Assembly (NCBI GenBank): GCA_976551045.1
Contig: CDPCPM010000033.1
Location: 10,354,001 to 10,418,000 of the forward strand
DNA from: Glaucostegus cemiculus
Taxonomy: Eukaryota
Length of the DNA stretch: 64,000 bases
Direction of reading: 5' to 3'
The notes beneath the pieces are model-generated. The model searched no databases, was not told the DNA's origin, and worked only from the letters and a program-made list of their open reading frames with translations. The position numbers and the translations under genes were made by a program. Shown here one piece after another: positions 24,921 to 37,475 of this stretch. How positions within the stretch are numbered: position 1 is the first letter of the stretch; each line of letters opens with the position of its first letter.

Positions 24921-25905
24921 AAGTAAAAGGTAAACAACTCTTATCAATCCAATGGTAACACTCCAAACCAACAACTTATCTGTGACTACAAGTAAACTAT
25001 TCTGGTTGAGCTATACTCACTTTGTTGATTTCAAATCTGATGACAAATGGAATAAAACCTGGACTAAATACGCTGCACAAAACAAGGAATTCTTTCAATA
25101 ACTAATAACAAGGCTCCCTGGGCCTCACCAGTCTCAAAGGATGTAAATGGTTCTGAACAGGATCTGAACAAGATATGGGCATGTGGCCACTTAATGCATA
25201 TATTGTGAAACATACGATCTTCTGGCTATGAATGCAATGATTCCAATCTTAGAGACAAATTCAGTGGAAATTCCTTTGCAGTAAACACCTTTCCAAAAAG
25301 GCCAGACACAGGCTCACAAACTTCAAGCTCAATTCACAATGTACACAAGAGGAAGAATAGATAGTCTCTGTTTTATGCTTTGCAGGCAGCTGGCTAGCTA
25401 CTGTAACTAGTCCTCTGACTCTACATTAATCTTAACCATTATCTCAGATAGCACTGAAGACCCTATCCAACATAAATAAGTCACCCCTATTGTATGAGCT
25501 TTACCTACCCATTCTGTTACCTCATCAGATAAGTCAGTAAGATTCATTAACTGCATCTTTTCTTTTGAAATTTAAAGCACAAGATGAACATGGGGTGAGC
25601 ATCTCCATGCTCTAGAAACCAACACTACTTGGTAACAAGCTCTTATATAATGTTGCACATGATGCAAAGTCTCCTGGGCTGACTGCTGGATAAAAGTTAT
25701 CTTGCTTTTAAAGGCATTATTCTTAAACTCTGCATGAACATTATTTTTAGTAGAGCTAGCACAGTAGCTGACTCTTTGGTCACATATCTCCTGGGTCTAC
25801 CTTTCTATCCTTACTTGTTCCTAAGTACTTGTGGTCAGTGTATGATTGGGTGCCAATTGTTCAAAAACAGTATTTCTATCTTACATAGAATGTCAATATA
25901 TGTTG

Positions 25906-27540
25906 AACCATAGAACCATAAAACAATACAGCACAATACAGGCCTTTTGGCCCACCATGTTGTGCTGACCTTTAAACCACGCCTGACTAACTAACCCCTT
26001 CCTCCCACATATCCCTCTATTTTAAATTCCTCCATTTGCTTATCTAACAATCTCTTGAACTTGCCCAACATATCAGCCTCTACCACCACCCCAGGCAGTG
26101 CATTCCATGCACCAACCACTCTCTGGGTGTAAAACCTCCCTTTGATATCTCCCTTGAACTTACCACCCAATACCTTAAAGCCATGCCCTCTTGTATTGAG
26201 CATTGGTGCCCTGGGAAAGAGGTGCTGGCTGTCCACACTATCTATTCCTCTTAATATTTTGTACACCTCTATCATGTCTACCTTCATCCTCCTTCTCTCC
26301 AATGAGTAAAGCCCTAGCTCCCTTAGTCTCTCCTCATAATCCATACTCTCCAATCCAGCAGCATCCTGGTAAATCTCCTCTGCAACCTTTCCAACACTTC
26401 CACATCCTTCTTATAATGAGGCGACCAGAACTGGACACAGTACTCCAAGTGTGGTCTAACTAGAATTTTGTAGAGCTGCATCATTACTTCGTGGCTCTTA
26501 AACTTGATCCCACAACTTATGAAAGCTAACATCCCATAAGCTTTCTTAATTACCCTATCCACCTGTGAGGCAACATTCAGTGATCTGTGGATATGAACCC
26601 CCAGATCCCTATGTGGAACCTTGTCAAACGCCTTACTAAAATCCATGTGGACCACAACTACTGCACTACCCTCATCAATCTTCCTGGTCAGCTCCTCAAA
26701 GAATCCTTTCAGGCTTGTGAGGCAAGATCTTCCCTTCACAAAGCCATGCTGGCTGTCCCTAATCAGTTCATGATACTCTAAATGCTCATTGATCCTATTT
26801 CTTAGAATACTTTCTAACAGCTTGCCCACCACAGATACAAGGCTTACTGGTCTGTAATTCCCTGGACTATCCCTACTACCTTTTTCGAATAAGGGGACAA
26901 CATTTGCCACCCTCCAATCCTCCTGTACCATTCCTGTGGACAACGAGGACTCAAAGATCCTAGCCAACGGTTCAGCAAACTCCTCCCTCACCTTGCGAAC
27001 CAGCCTGGGGAATATTCTGTCAGGCCCTGGGGACTTAACTGTCCTAATATTTTCTAACAGCTCCAACACATCCTCTCTTGATATCTACATGCTCTAGAAC
27101 ATTAACCTTACGAACACTGTCCTCAGCATCATCAAGACCCCTATCCTTGGTGAATACTGAAGAGAAGTATTATTGAGAACCTCACCCACTTCCAAAGCTT
27201 CCAGGCACATCTCCCCACCTTTGTCTCTAATCAGACCTACCTTTACTCTCCTCATCCTTCTGCTCTTCACATACGAGACAAAAGCCTTGGGATTCTCCTT
27301 AACCCTACTCACCAAAGCCTTTTCACGTCCCCTTCTTGCTCTCCTCAGCCCCTTCTTAAGTTCCTTCCTTGCTGCTCTATATTCATCACGAACCCTATCT
27401 GATCCTTGCTGCTTACACCTCATGTATGCTGCCTCCTTCTTCCTAACTAGATGTTCCACCTCTCTTGTCACCCATGGTTCCTTCACCACGCCATTCTTTC
27501 TCTGTCTCACCAGGATAAGTTTATCCCTAACATCCTGCAT
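25906..27540 (-). mobile_element. CR1 LINE, 5'-truncated, with internal deletion of the RT core
   Basis: ORFs 27094-27540, 26323-27069 and 25991-26353 (NYRPVSL, QHGF.KGRSCLT, DFSKAFDKVPH joined to RDLGVH, LEYCVQFWSPH); (aaccatag) tail at 25906. Confidence 0.95.
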
Positions 27541-28009
27541 GTACAGTTGATTGGACTGGTTGGACTAAAACTGGTTCCTTCTGTGTTTGTGACTGCAACA
27601 CACAAGAATACTGATAAAAACAATAAAGTGGGAAAGGATGAAGATCTGGCCTTTAGCAATTAAGGGGAGCAGTAGCAGGTTAATGTCTGTATATTACATT
27701 GCTCTATGTATATGATAGCTGTTAAATAAGAGAGAAGACACTCAACTATCCTGTTGTGTTGACTTAGATAGTGTGGAAGGGAAGGAGACTCGTACAAGGC
27801 TGAGCAGAGGAAATGAGAGGTATAAAGGAGATTCTTATTTTGACTCTTCTGGCCTAGTTACTAATTTCCTTTCTGTTCTGCAGCTAATTCCAGGTAAAAA
27901 TGTTGACATTCTCTGCCACATTTTTTTAAATAATTTGTCTTGTTACTCAGCAGGGTAGGAAGAATCTTCTCTCTGTTTGTACAGTCTCTGATCTATTATC
28001 AACAACCAC

Positions 28010-28430
28010 AGTTTGTACTTATTAAGTACCATTAATTTTGTAAGGCACCCCATGGAGTTTCAGAAAAGCAATAATCAGACAAAATTTGTCATTGAGACAT
28101 ATAGGTCTATAGGTGATTCCCCCAGGATGGTGACCAAAAACTTGGTTCAAGGTGCTTCTTAAAGGAGGAGCAGGACATAGGTTGATTTAGGGATGGAATT
28201 TCAAGTCTCTGAGTTTAGGCAGCCAAAGGCCAATAGTGGAGTGAACAAAATCAGGGATGTGAAGAAGGTGAGAATTAGAGGAGAGCAGAAATCTGGAGGC
28301 TGCAAGGTTGGAAGAGGTTACATATACAGGGTGAGGTGAGGAAATGAGTGAAAAGATTGAAAACACATTTGAGAATTTTAAAATTGCACTATTAATAGAG
28401 AGTGAGTAAATGTATGTTAGTGAACTGGGA
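28010..28430 (-). mobile_element. L2 LINE 3' fragment
   Basis: Minus strand LLSSNSHLLHIPDF.HSTIG followed by a degenerate WNSLP-like region; typical L2 3' end. Confidence 0.5.
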
Positions 28431-29159
28431 TAACTGATAACTTGGACATGGTATGGATTGAGCAACAGGATCTTGTCACAGGTGGGGCAAGGAATACATG
28501 ATAAGGTCAGTGGGCAGGTTGTTTGGGAGGTGGGATGCACTGTTTTTAAATAAGGAAACAGAGGTGGGATCAACCAAATCATGGACGTAGAGGGCATGGC
28601 TGAGGTACTACATGAGTACTCTTAATAGTCTAAACCAATGAAGATGATACTGCCGGAGTCTTAACACAGAAAGATGTCATTAAGTTCAGGATGGGATTAA
28701 AATGATGGAGGTACCAGAAATGCTTGTGGCACTTAAAATGGGAGGCATTGTAGTTTTCTGAAGGAAGTAAGAGAGGAAACTGGTTATTGTATGGAAACTC
28801 AAAAAAAAGGTTTCTCAATATTAGTCCAAGTTGTGTCCAGATTATTAACCAAAAAGAAAACTCTGCCCCACTACGATTTGCAATAGATGGACATGGCCAT
28901 TGCTTCACAAGAGAGCAAAGTTATTGAATTTCTTCATAACTCTGCAATGAAAAAAATAATTTGTTATGATTGCTTTATTTGATTTCTTTTAAACATAGCT
29001 TTTAAAAACCATTTTAATTTGCTAAATACCTTTGGGATATATTTTCCACTCTTCTGGATTTAAAAAGACAATCCCATCCATTATTGCAACATATCTTTGA
29101 CCTAAATTAAAATGAAAGGTGTCAGCAATTTCTCGATGAATGAGTTTGTCTATTACAGA

Positions 29160-29412
29160 TCCATTAACTGGAATGGCTGTAAACTAGACAATCATGACAT
29201 GGCTGTAACCATGCTCTTTTCACAGCTGTCAATCAGCTAAATTGTCAGTTAACTGACGTTAACGGCAAATATTTGTTCATCTGACTGTGAATTGCACAAA
29301 GATTTTCAATAACGGCAGTACAAAGATTTTCATCAGCACACTAAGTAGAAAGGGACGTGCAAGATCTGATTGACAGTATATTTGAAAAATCTATGGCGCA
29401 AGCCATTAACTG
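29160..29412. promoter_or_regulatory. Candidate intronic enhancer / conserved non-coding element
   Basis: Inverted pair of TGATTGACAG (PBX-MEIS/PREP) sites at 29226-29236 and 29366-29376; 14-bp palindrome GTCAGTTAACTGAC at 29244-29257; duplicated ACAAAGATTTTCA and TAACGGCA. Confidence 0.35.
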
Positions 29413-29519
29413 CACTGAGACATATCAAATTCATACAATAGAAGGCATTAGTATGAAAGGACTTCCACTTACTATACACTGTAAACAGGTTCACTGTACT
29501 GCAAACTGATCTACATCCA

Positions 29520-29700
29520 AAGAAGCATTTTGAATGTTGTCACTTTCGTAATATAAGGAAACACAATAGCCAGTTATGCGCAGCCAATGAAGTAGCTAGG
29601 ATTATGTTGATTTAATATTTGCAATAAGAAATAAATGTTGTTTGAGAGAAGGGTAGAACTTTCCTGCTATTAAAATAATTGGAAGTTGATTTAGTAACTC
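29520..29700 (-). mobile_element. Decayed DeuSINE (SacSINE1/AmnSINE-like) fragment
   Basis: ttttgaa.gt.gtcact...gtaat..aggaaac...gcca.tt.tgcgca...ataaat.ttg...agaact..cctgct resembles the recalled antisense Deu-family consensus. A second piece (gagggataaatattggctaggaca) lies at ~63955-63979. Confidence 0.45.
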
Positions 29701-29879
29701 ACCCAAATGCTAGCTTCCAATCCGATTTTTAAATACATTGGTAGAGTCCATCAATTAATACAGGTTAATATTTTTCTTCTCACAACAGTTCTAAAATAAA
29801 CTTTTTAAAATTTAATTCAGCTACTTCCAGGAGTATGCAGTATCTACAATTCACCAGCAATGGCATCTTCCTATTTCTG

Positions 29880-30030
29880 TGCCATGATCTCTGGATTATC
29901 CCAAGGATCTATTTTTGATTCCCTCTTATTTCTTAGTCACATTGAAGATGTGATCTGAAAATACATTGTCTTCCACATTTGAAATGATGATGTTCAACTC
30001 CACCTCGACATTACCTCTCTCAACACTTCC
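29880..30030 (+). mobile_element. L2-type RT core fragment
   Basis: Degenerate G.PQGSI..LLFL...FH..NDDVQL.L (YADD region). Confidence 0.45.
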
Positions 30031-30194
30031 ATGCTTTTGATCTGTCTTGCAGTTTTCCCATTTAAGAACTTTTTCTTTAATTTAGCTTGAGACTCAGAAT
30101 TATGAAAATAATGATTCAAACAGAGGGAGGGTTAATTCAATACATTGTCTGTACAAAGATAACTAAATTTTGAAATGAATATACCAAATAAACA

Positions 30195-31150
30195 TTACAG
30201 GTAGGAGGCCATTCGATCCATCAAGTCCATACCTTTTCTATGTAAAAGCAATCTAGCTAATCCCACATCCAGCAAATTTTGCTCTTTCACATTCTCATTC
30301 TGCTCCCGATTGAATGCTGCAGTGAATCTTCTTTCTCTACAACCTGTTAGTGCATTCCAGTAAACACTCTTTTTGTAAAACATTTTTCCTTATGTCACTT
30401 GCAGTTCTTTTACCTATCCCCTTCATTCTATGTCTCCTATCTCTTGACCACTCAACAGTTTCTCACTAACTATTCTGTCTGTACCATCCATGATTCTAAA
30501 TACCTCTGTCAGATACCTTCACAATTTCTTCTATTTGGAGGAGCAGAATGCTAGCTTCTCCTGTATATCTACACAGATAAAGTACTTCATCCTTGGAATT
30601 ATTTTGCTAAGTCTCTTCTGCACTCTCTCTGAAAATTTTAGAGCTTTCTTAAATTGTGGAACGCAGAATTAAGTACATAAAAGAAAAAAAGCAGGAGATA
30701 GCCACTTAGTCCCTGTCATCTGGCAGCCATGGTGATATTTTACCTCAGCACTTCTTTTAATACCTAAAAATCAATGAGCTGTTAACTGGACACTATATCC
30801 AGTCAGAGATGAACCATTTATTTTATACAAAGGTTCATCATTACTTCCTTGCTCCTGTGTTGTGTGCTTTTTTGACCACTTTCTCAACTGTCCTGCCACT
30901 TCATGCATGTGGTCTGTTGTTGTATCCTTTTTAAAATTGTGCCTTCTGGTTTAAAATACCTCATCCTAGTCTTCCTGCACAAATGTAACAGCATGCATTT
31001 GTTAACATTGAATTCATCTGCCACTTATCTGCCCAGGCCACCAGCCTCAAAAGTCAACTGCTCTTTTCCTCCTAATTTGCAACACACTCAATTTCTGTAC
31101 AGCTGGCACATGTAAGAATTCTATCCTCTGTGCCCAAGTCTATATCATTG
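30195..31150 (-). mobile_element. Decayed CR1 fragments
   Basis: ggaggccattcg tail, gcattccag, cacccagaa-like and ttgaattcatctgccact antisense motifs. Confidence 0.55.
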
Positions 31151-31353
31151 TTTATGCTCTGTTTCAGTGGCTTGGCCAATGTTCTATCCATGGTGTCATT
31201 TTTCCAGGATGATACCATAGCAATTTTAGTATCTGACTGGAGGACAGATTGCTGGAGTGCTGTTACGTCCTCAAAGTCCCCCTGAACTCAGGTACGCTGA
31301 GCATGAGATGCAACGGTCTGAGCTTGCATCAACTTGTCAGAACTTCCAACAGA

Positions 31354-31965
31354 GTATTGGTATTAGTTATTATTGTTACTTGTACCGAGGTACAGTGAAA
31401 AACTTGTCTTGCACACCGTTCATACAGATCAATTCATTGCACAGTGCATTGAGGTAGCACAGGGTAAAAACAATAACAGAATACAGAGTAAAATGTCACA
31501 GCTACAGGGAAGTGCATTGCATGTGGAATTAATAAAAAATATTGTAAAAAAAGGAAGTGCATTGCAGGTAGACAATAAGGTGCAAGGGCATAACAAGGTA
31601 GATTGTGAGGTCAAGAGTCCACCTCATCATATAAGGGAACCATTCATTAGACTTTTCACAGTGGGATAGAAGCTGTCCTTGAGCCTGGTGGTATGTGGCC
31701 TTAGGCTTCTGTATCTTCTGCCTGATAGGAGAGGAGAGAAGAGAGAATGACCCGGGTGGGTGGGGTCTTTGATTATGCTGACTGCTACACCAAGGCAGCG
31801 AGAGGTATAGACAGAGTCCAAGGAGGGGAGGCTGGTTTCCGTAATGTGTTGGGCTGTGCCCACAACTCTCTGCAGTTTCTTGTGGTCCTGGGCAGAGCAG
31901 TTCCCATACCAAGCCATGATGCATCCAGATAGGATGCTTGCTTTGGTGCATTGATAAAAGCTGGT
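31354..31965 (-). mobile_element. Rex1/Babar LINE 3' fragment (well preserved)
   Basis: ORF 31627-31971: SILSGCIMAWYGNCSAQDHKKLQRVV...IIKDPTHPGHSLFSPL.SGRRYRS...RLKDSFYP, plus complete 3' UTR. Confidence 0.9.
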
Positions 31966-34900
31966 GACCATTGCGAAGCTTCTGGCAGTACTATTATAAC
32001 ATCATATACTACTGGATGAATGTATCTGAAAATGTTGAAACAATGCTGACTATCACTTCCATTCCGAAAAGAATGAGTTTCACATGGCAGTGGACAGAGC
32101 CTTTAGATAGTTTGAAGGCAGTGGTAGATAGATTATTGTTAAGCAAAAGGTCAAAGGTTTAATGCAGGAATGCAGAGTTGAGATTACAATCAGATCAGCA
32201 ATGATCTTACCATTGATTCAAGTGAGCTACTCCTGCTCCTAAAACTTTTATTTGATTATTCATACATTGGCCAAAATTCCTGGACATTTCATACGTCTTT
32301 TTATTCAGGTCTGCAGTGTCTGAAATATCTTGGTATGTTCTCACACCAACCGTTCTTCATGGGTTGGGTTACTGAAGCCTTCATCCAAGTCATCTGTCAA
32401 TCACTATACATGGCCTTTTTTGGCCTCTCAAGTGCCTGTTAACTAGATTGGACATTTTGATAATGAGATGCAAGTACAATTTTCTTGTGCATCCTGCACC
32501 AGTCATACAGAGGTGGACAAAAATTATATTTCTGGCACAGGTCTTCTACTTTTCTCCCACTAAATATTTCTGCTCTGTGGGGATATGTCACTTCTCCCTT
32601 TACTGTAATGAACCTTTCAGTACATGTCAGTTAGAGAAGCATTAAAGCATCACTCTGCTGATAATTCACAACTCAACAGCCTTTCCTGCCATGTATTCTG
32701 ATAATGAGGCATCTGAGATGTGAAAACAGTTCTCTCAGCAAGAGTTATCTTTTTCCCACTACTGATTTTCCAAGTTTCTGATATCAGTTGTGTTGAATAT
32801 CAAGTTAAACCTTTCGATAATGATTCCACATTTGAAATTAAGTGAACATCCTGATGCTCCCATTATACATATGCAATAGCTCGATAGTTAAGCTTGTATA
32901 CTTTTAGCATAGAATGGAAATAATATTGATTAGTCTGCACTGTTGAAGTTGCCAGAGATAAATACATTAACGATTAAAATCTAGAAGTCTGATGTTCCAA
33001 ACTATTGCAAATGAATATGTGGTATTCCTGACTCAGAGAAATCAAGTACATCTTCAATCATATTAAACCATTCATCAAATATTGCAAATTATTCATGTTT
33101 TCATTGCTCTATTTTAAAATGTTGTCAGTTCAGTGCATATTACCATTTTTCACAATTTGACATTTGGAAAGAGTAAACAGTTATAAGTGTTTCTTTGAGG
33201 ACCATGTGGTATGACTTAGGTACATTGTGGTATTAGATAAGGCAGTTCAGTTGAAAGATGATGCCTTCATAAAATTATGGTCTGTTGTGATTTCTTATGT
33301 AATTTACATCAGTGTAAAAAGCAGGAAAGCTGCAGTCACCTGGCTGTAAAATGCAGAAGGTCTTGCCATGTAAATTATGAGAGACACCCTGCCCAAAAGT
33401 ATCTGTACAAGATGGCCTGTTGTTAAAACTGTCACTGGTTGTGGCATGTTACATGGGGATACAAGTTCCTGAAGAAGGTAATACCAGTGAAGATAGTTCT
33501 CCCACTATGTCAATTATGCATGGGATCAAGTTAATGGAATAGTCCCACTGGATTGCTGTACACATGGTGGAATCAGATTATGAGATTGTGCAAACTATGC
33601 TTTACAATATCAACTGCAGACACGAGAGTGAGAAGGACAATATATACACATATTATAGACCATTCCTGATTCAGGAAGCAAACAAATACATGCATTAATA
33701 TTGCAAAGGTCCATCTGTTGAAGACCATGATGTGTATCTGAAATACTGCAGCTACTTTCTGTTGAGGCAGAGAAAAGCATTAGCAGTTTTGCAAGAGGGA
33801 TTGTCTGAATTATGGGAGCAGTGAATTGTCAGCTGTGATGGCTGTGTTCAGTTGCCTATCATAATAAGAGCTAGGATTGTGGTAAAAGACTGGGTCAAGA
33901 AACTCTTTTTTTGAAAGATCATAGCATTGGACAATGAGAAATCCAGGGAATACTCAAGCTTTGGACTGCATTGGCCCTGTCCTAACAAACTGTTTGTGAG
34001 ATGGGAGTGAAAGGCATCAGAAAGTCTTCTTCCAGCAGACACTACAGATCAGGAATATAGACTACAGCTTGGATAAAATAACTAAAGAAAGTTGCTATAA
34101 TGAAATTCTCTGGAACCATGAAAGGAAGTACAACGGAGGAGGACTTTAATCCAGCAGAGCCGAATCAGCGGCTCGGATCCCTTAATGAGGGCAATTGATG
34201 CCTCAGCGCCAATGCAGATGGAATTTTACAATGGTCCTTCTGCTGACGAATGTGAAGCTTGGGTTGAGAAGATAGTCAAGAAGGTAAAGGTGAGAGCTTC
34301 TTTGTAGAATTTAAGGAAGCAGTTTGGCTGAATGTATTGGTGTTGTGAACAAAGAAAACTGAAGGAAAGTTGTACAATAGGCACAGGTGATGATGTGCAT
34401 GGCAGTGAGCAGGAATCTCCAAAAGTAGGTTTGCAAGGGAAATGGTTGATATTAACAAAAGTATATCTGCTGAAACCACAAGAGCATACTGAAGGCATTA
34501 TTTGACAGGACTGACAGTTGAAGTGTCCAACAATAAGAGCGATGGCAGTTGTTTATTTCACTATGGGTCAACTAACAGATTGCATTGCACTGCACTGCAT
34601 TGTGATGCCAACAAGATGCTAGGACGAATGTATCAATTGCAGGCACAGCTGCAGAGGCAACCTTGACATTGGGACTTTTCACAGACAGCAGTGGCAGACA
34701 GTTCAAAGGAAGACGTGCAATCTTTTGAGCAAAATGAGAGAGCCACCTAACAGTTGTTTCAGAGCAATGGCTCAGTCACTACAAAAGTCCACAAACTAGG
34801 TAAGAAACGAAAGGGCCAGCACAACATGCTGTACTGAGGAGACATTGATTGGGATCTGGCAAAATTTCCCAGAGAAATTGAAGATAGGGAAGTTCTTGCA

Positions 34901-36754
34901 AAGATTTCAGTGCCCTCAAATGTAAAGTTCTCACTTCTTATAAAATTAGTGAATTGCCTGAATCAAGCACAGACTGCGTTGCATACTATGAGAGAGGACC
35001 ATATTGCAATGCAGAGGCAATTCCAAAACTTCAAAGATCTTCTGAAGAACAAGCATGGACTTATTAATGACAGCCCAATACTGCATAGCCAGAAGGTGAG
35101 AGGACAGACTGAAAACTGTAATGAGAGAGAGGAAGGCTATGGCGATGATCTAGAAAGGAAGAGTCAAAGGAGATATCTTTGTGATTTTAAAACTGACGCA
35201 GGAATGTAAAAGATCCACATATCTGCAGGGAATCACAACGGATGTTAGGATACAAGATGATTTAAACTGAAAATGGCAAACCTTAAGAAACAAGCAAAGG
35301 TTGTTGTGACTGAGTTTGTGCTATTCAATGATGCACCAGATGTACTGTATAATTAAAAGTATTTATCTTTCAGAATTATTGGCCATTAGCTTTGTAATAT
35401 TGATAGCTGATATGTATAGGTGACACTAAGAATATATTTAAACTTGTAGAGACAATTATGTTGAAGCAACACTTACAGAATAGGGTGTTTGAACCAATGG
35501 CCTGACTAGAGATTTTAAATTACTGGGCCCTGGAGTGGAGACATCAGAGATGTTGGGTACGGGTTGCATTGAAGAGTTCAGCGAATGAAGCGATTACATG
35601 ATTGAGTAAATTTACAATCTGGTAGCTTACTAATTGGTATATTGAAGTAAATAGTTAACCAATTATATAATTTCATCTTCATAAATAGCTGATTTTTTAA
35701 GGGGAAGCAGTGTCTGAGTGTACCTGACATAATAACTTTTGATATATTGCTATATCTAACACAGTTTAGTTGATATTGGATATTTTATTGATAGATCTAG
35801 TTCTGTTTATTTGCTTTTGCAAGCAACAAGACTAAGAACTTATAGCCACCACTACATTATACCCAGGTATAGTGGGATAAGCTACCATGTTTATATGAAA
35901 TTCTTCATTGCTATTCAGTTGAGGCTTCTTTTAAATGGGGTTGTATCCCTTCTACATTAAAGGATCAAGGAATTTCAGATATTGGTAATCCATGTTTCAC
36001 ATTCTTCGGCCAATATTTTGTACAATGTGGATTCTTGTTCCTTTGCTAGATGAATGACGAAATGCAATATTGTATAGATAGTATAAAATGATCATTTTCA
36101 TGAATTCTGAACATCACCTGATATGAAGAAAACATTTATTGACTTACTAGAATCTAACTGCATTGATCTCAAAGTTGGATTTACAAATCATTGGTAGCTT
36201 AAACTTATGTGTTGTTCATTTATTTTCAAGTCCATATATTATGTGGCATAGCCAGTTACTTTATCTACCTCAACGACATTATTTTTGACAATTTAAGTCC
36301 CTGTCTCCTTTTAATGTAAATTATATTTCAACACCTTCCATGTACTTTTAGAGTACGTTTTTCTTTCCATGTAGCTTTGGACATGGTGCAGTGCATAAGG
36401 TTACTACTGTCCCATGGTCCATCTTTTATTTAGCTTTGTCAATTCTACAAACTATCAATGTAGGTATACAAGATAACTCATTAGTGCTAGGATTCTCTTG
36501 TTCTGTACAGCTATTCAAAATTAAAACTGTCTCTGCAAGATAAACTATGTACAGATTAAGGTACAGTGGCTCTGAAATAATGTCAAAGGCTCAGAAGACA
36601 AAAGCATAGTTTGCATTTCTGGCCTTCTAATAGCTTCCTCAGTGCCCTAATACAATCTATCCTGGGCCCAACACTTAGATGGAATCAGGAAGAAGACACA
36701 GCAGTGGCTCCACTTCATTCGAAGTTTGAGGAGATTTGGTATGTCACCAAAGAT

Positions 36755-37475
36755 CATAGAACACTAGGGCACAGTAAAGGCCCTTCAGCCCACACGTTGT
36801 GCCAACATTATGTCCTGCTCTTAAGATCTATCTAATCTTTCCCTCCCACATAGCCCCCTATTTTTCTATCATTCATGTGTCTATCTAAGAGTCTCTTAAA
36901 TGTCCCTAATGTATCTGGCCCCACAACCTTCGTCAACAGTGTGTTCCACGCATCGACCTCTCTCTGTGTAAAAAAAAACTTACCCCTGACATCCCCCTTA
37001 TAACTTCCTCCGATCACCTTAAAATTATGTCCTCTCATGTTAGCCATTGTTGCACTGCAAAAGAGTCTCTGACTGTCCACTCGATCTATGCCTCTTATCA
37101 TCTTGTGCACCTCTATCAAGTCACCTCTCATCCTCCTTCTGTCCAAAGAAAAAAGCCCTAGCTCGCTCAACCTATCCTCATATGACATGCTCTCCAATCC
37201 AGGCAGCATCCTGGTAAATCTCCTCTGCACCCTCTCTAAAGCTTCCACATCCTTGCTATAATGAGGCAACCAGAACTGAAGACAATACTTGAAGTGTGGT
37301 CTGACCAGAGTTCTATAGAGCTGCAGCATCACCTCACGGCTCATGAACTCAATACCCCGACTAATGAAGGCCAACACACCATATGCCTTCCTAACAACCC
37401 TATCAACCTGTGTGGCAACATTGAGGGATCTATGGACATGGACCCCAAGATCCCTCTGTTCCTCCACACTGCTAC
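36755..37475 (-). mobile_element. CR1 LINE 3' fragment
   Basis: ORF 36832-37467: EEQRDLGVHVHRSL...LYRTLVRPH...RRMRGDLIEV; CR1 3' UTR at 36755-36830. Confidence 0.95.

Noticed and set aside
27173-27550. Antisense ORFs over CR1/Rex1 elements (also 54153-54599, 58701-59177)
   Set aside because: These are shadow frames of LINE coding sequence.
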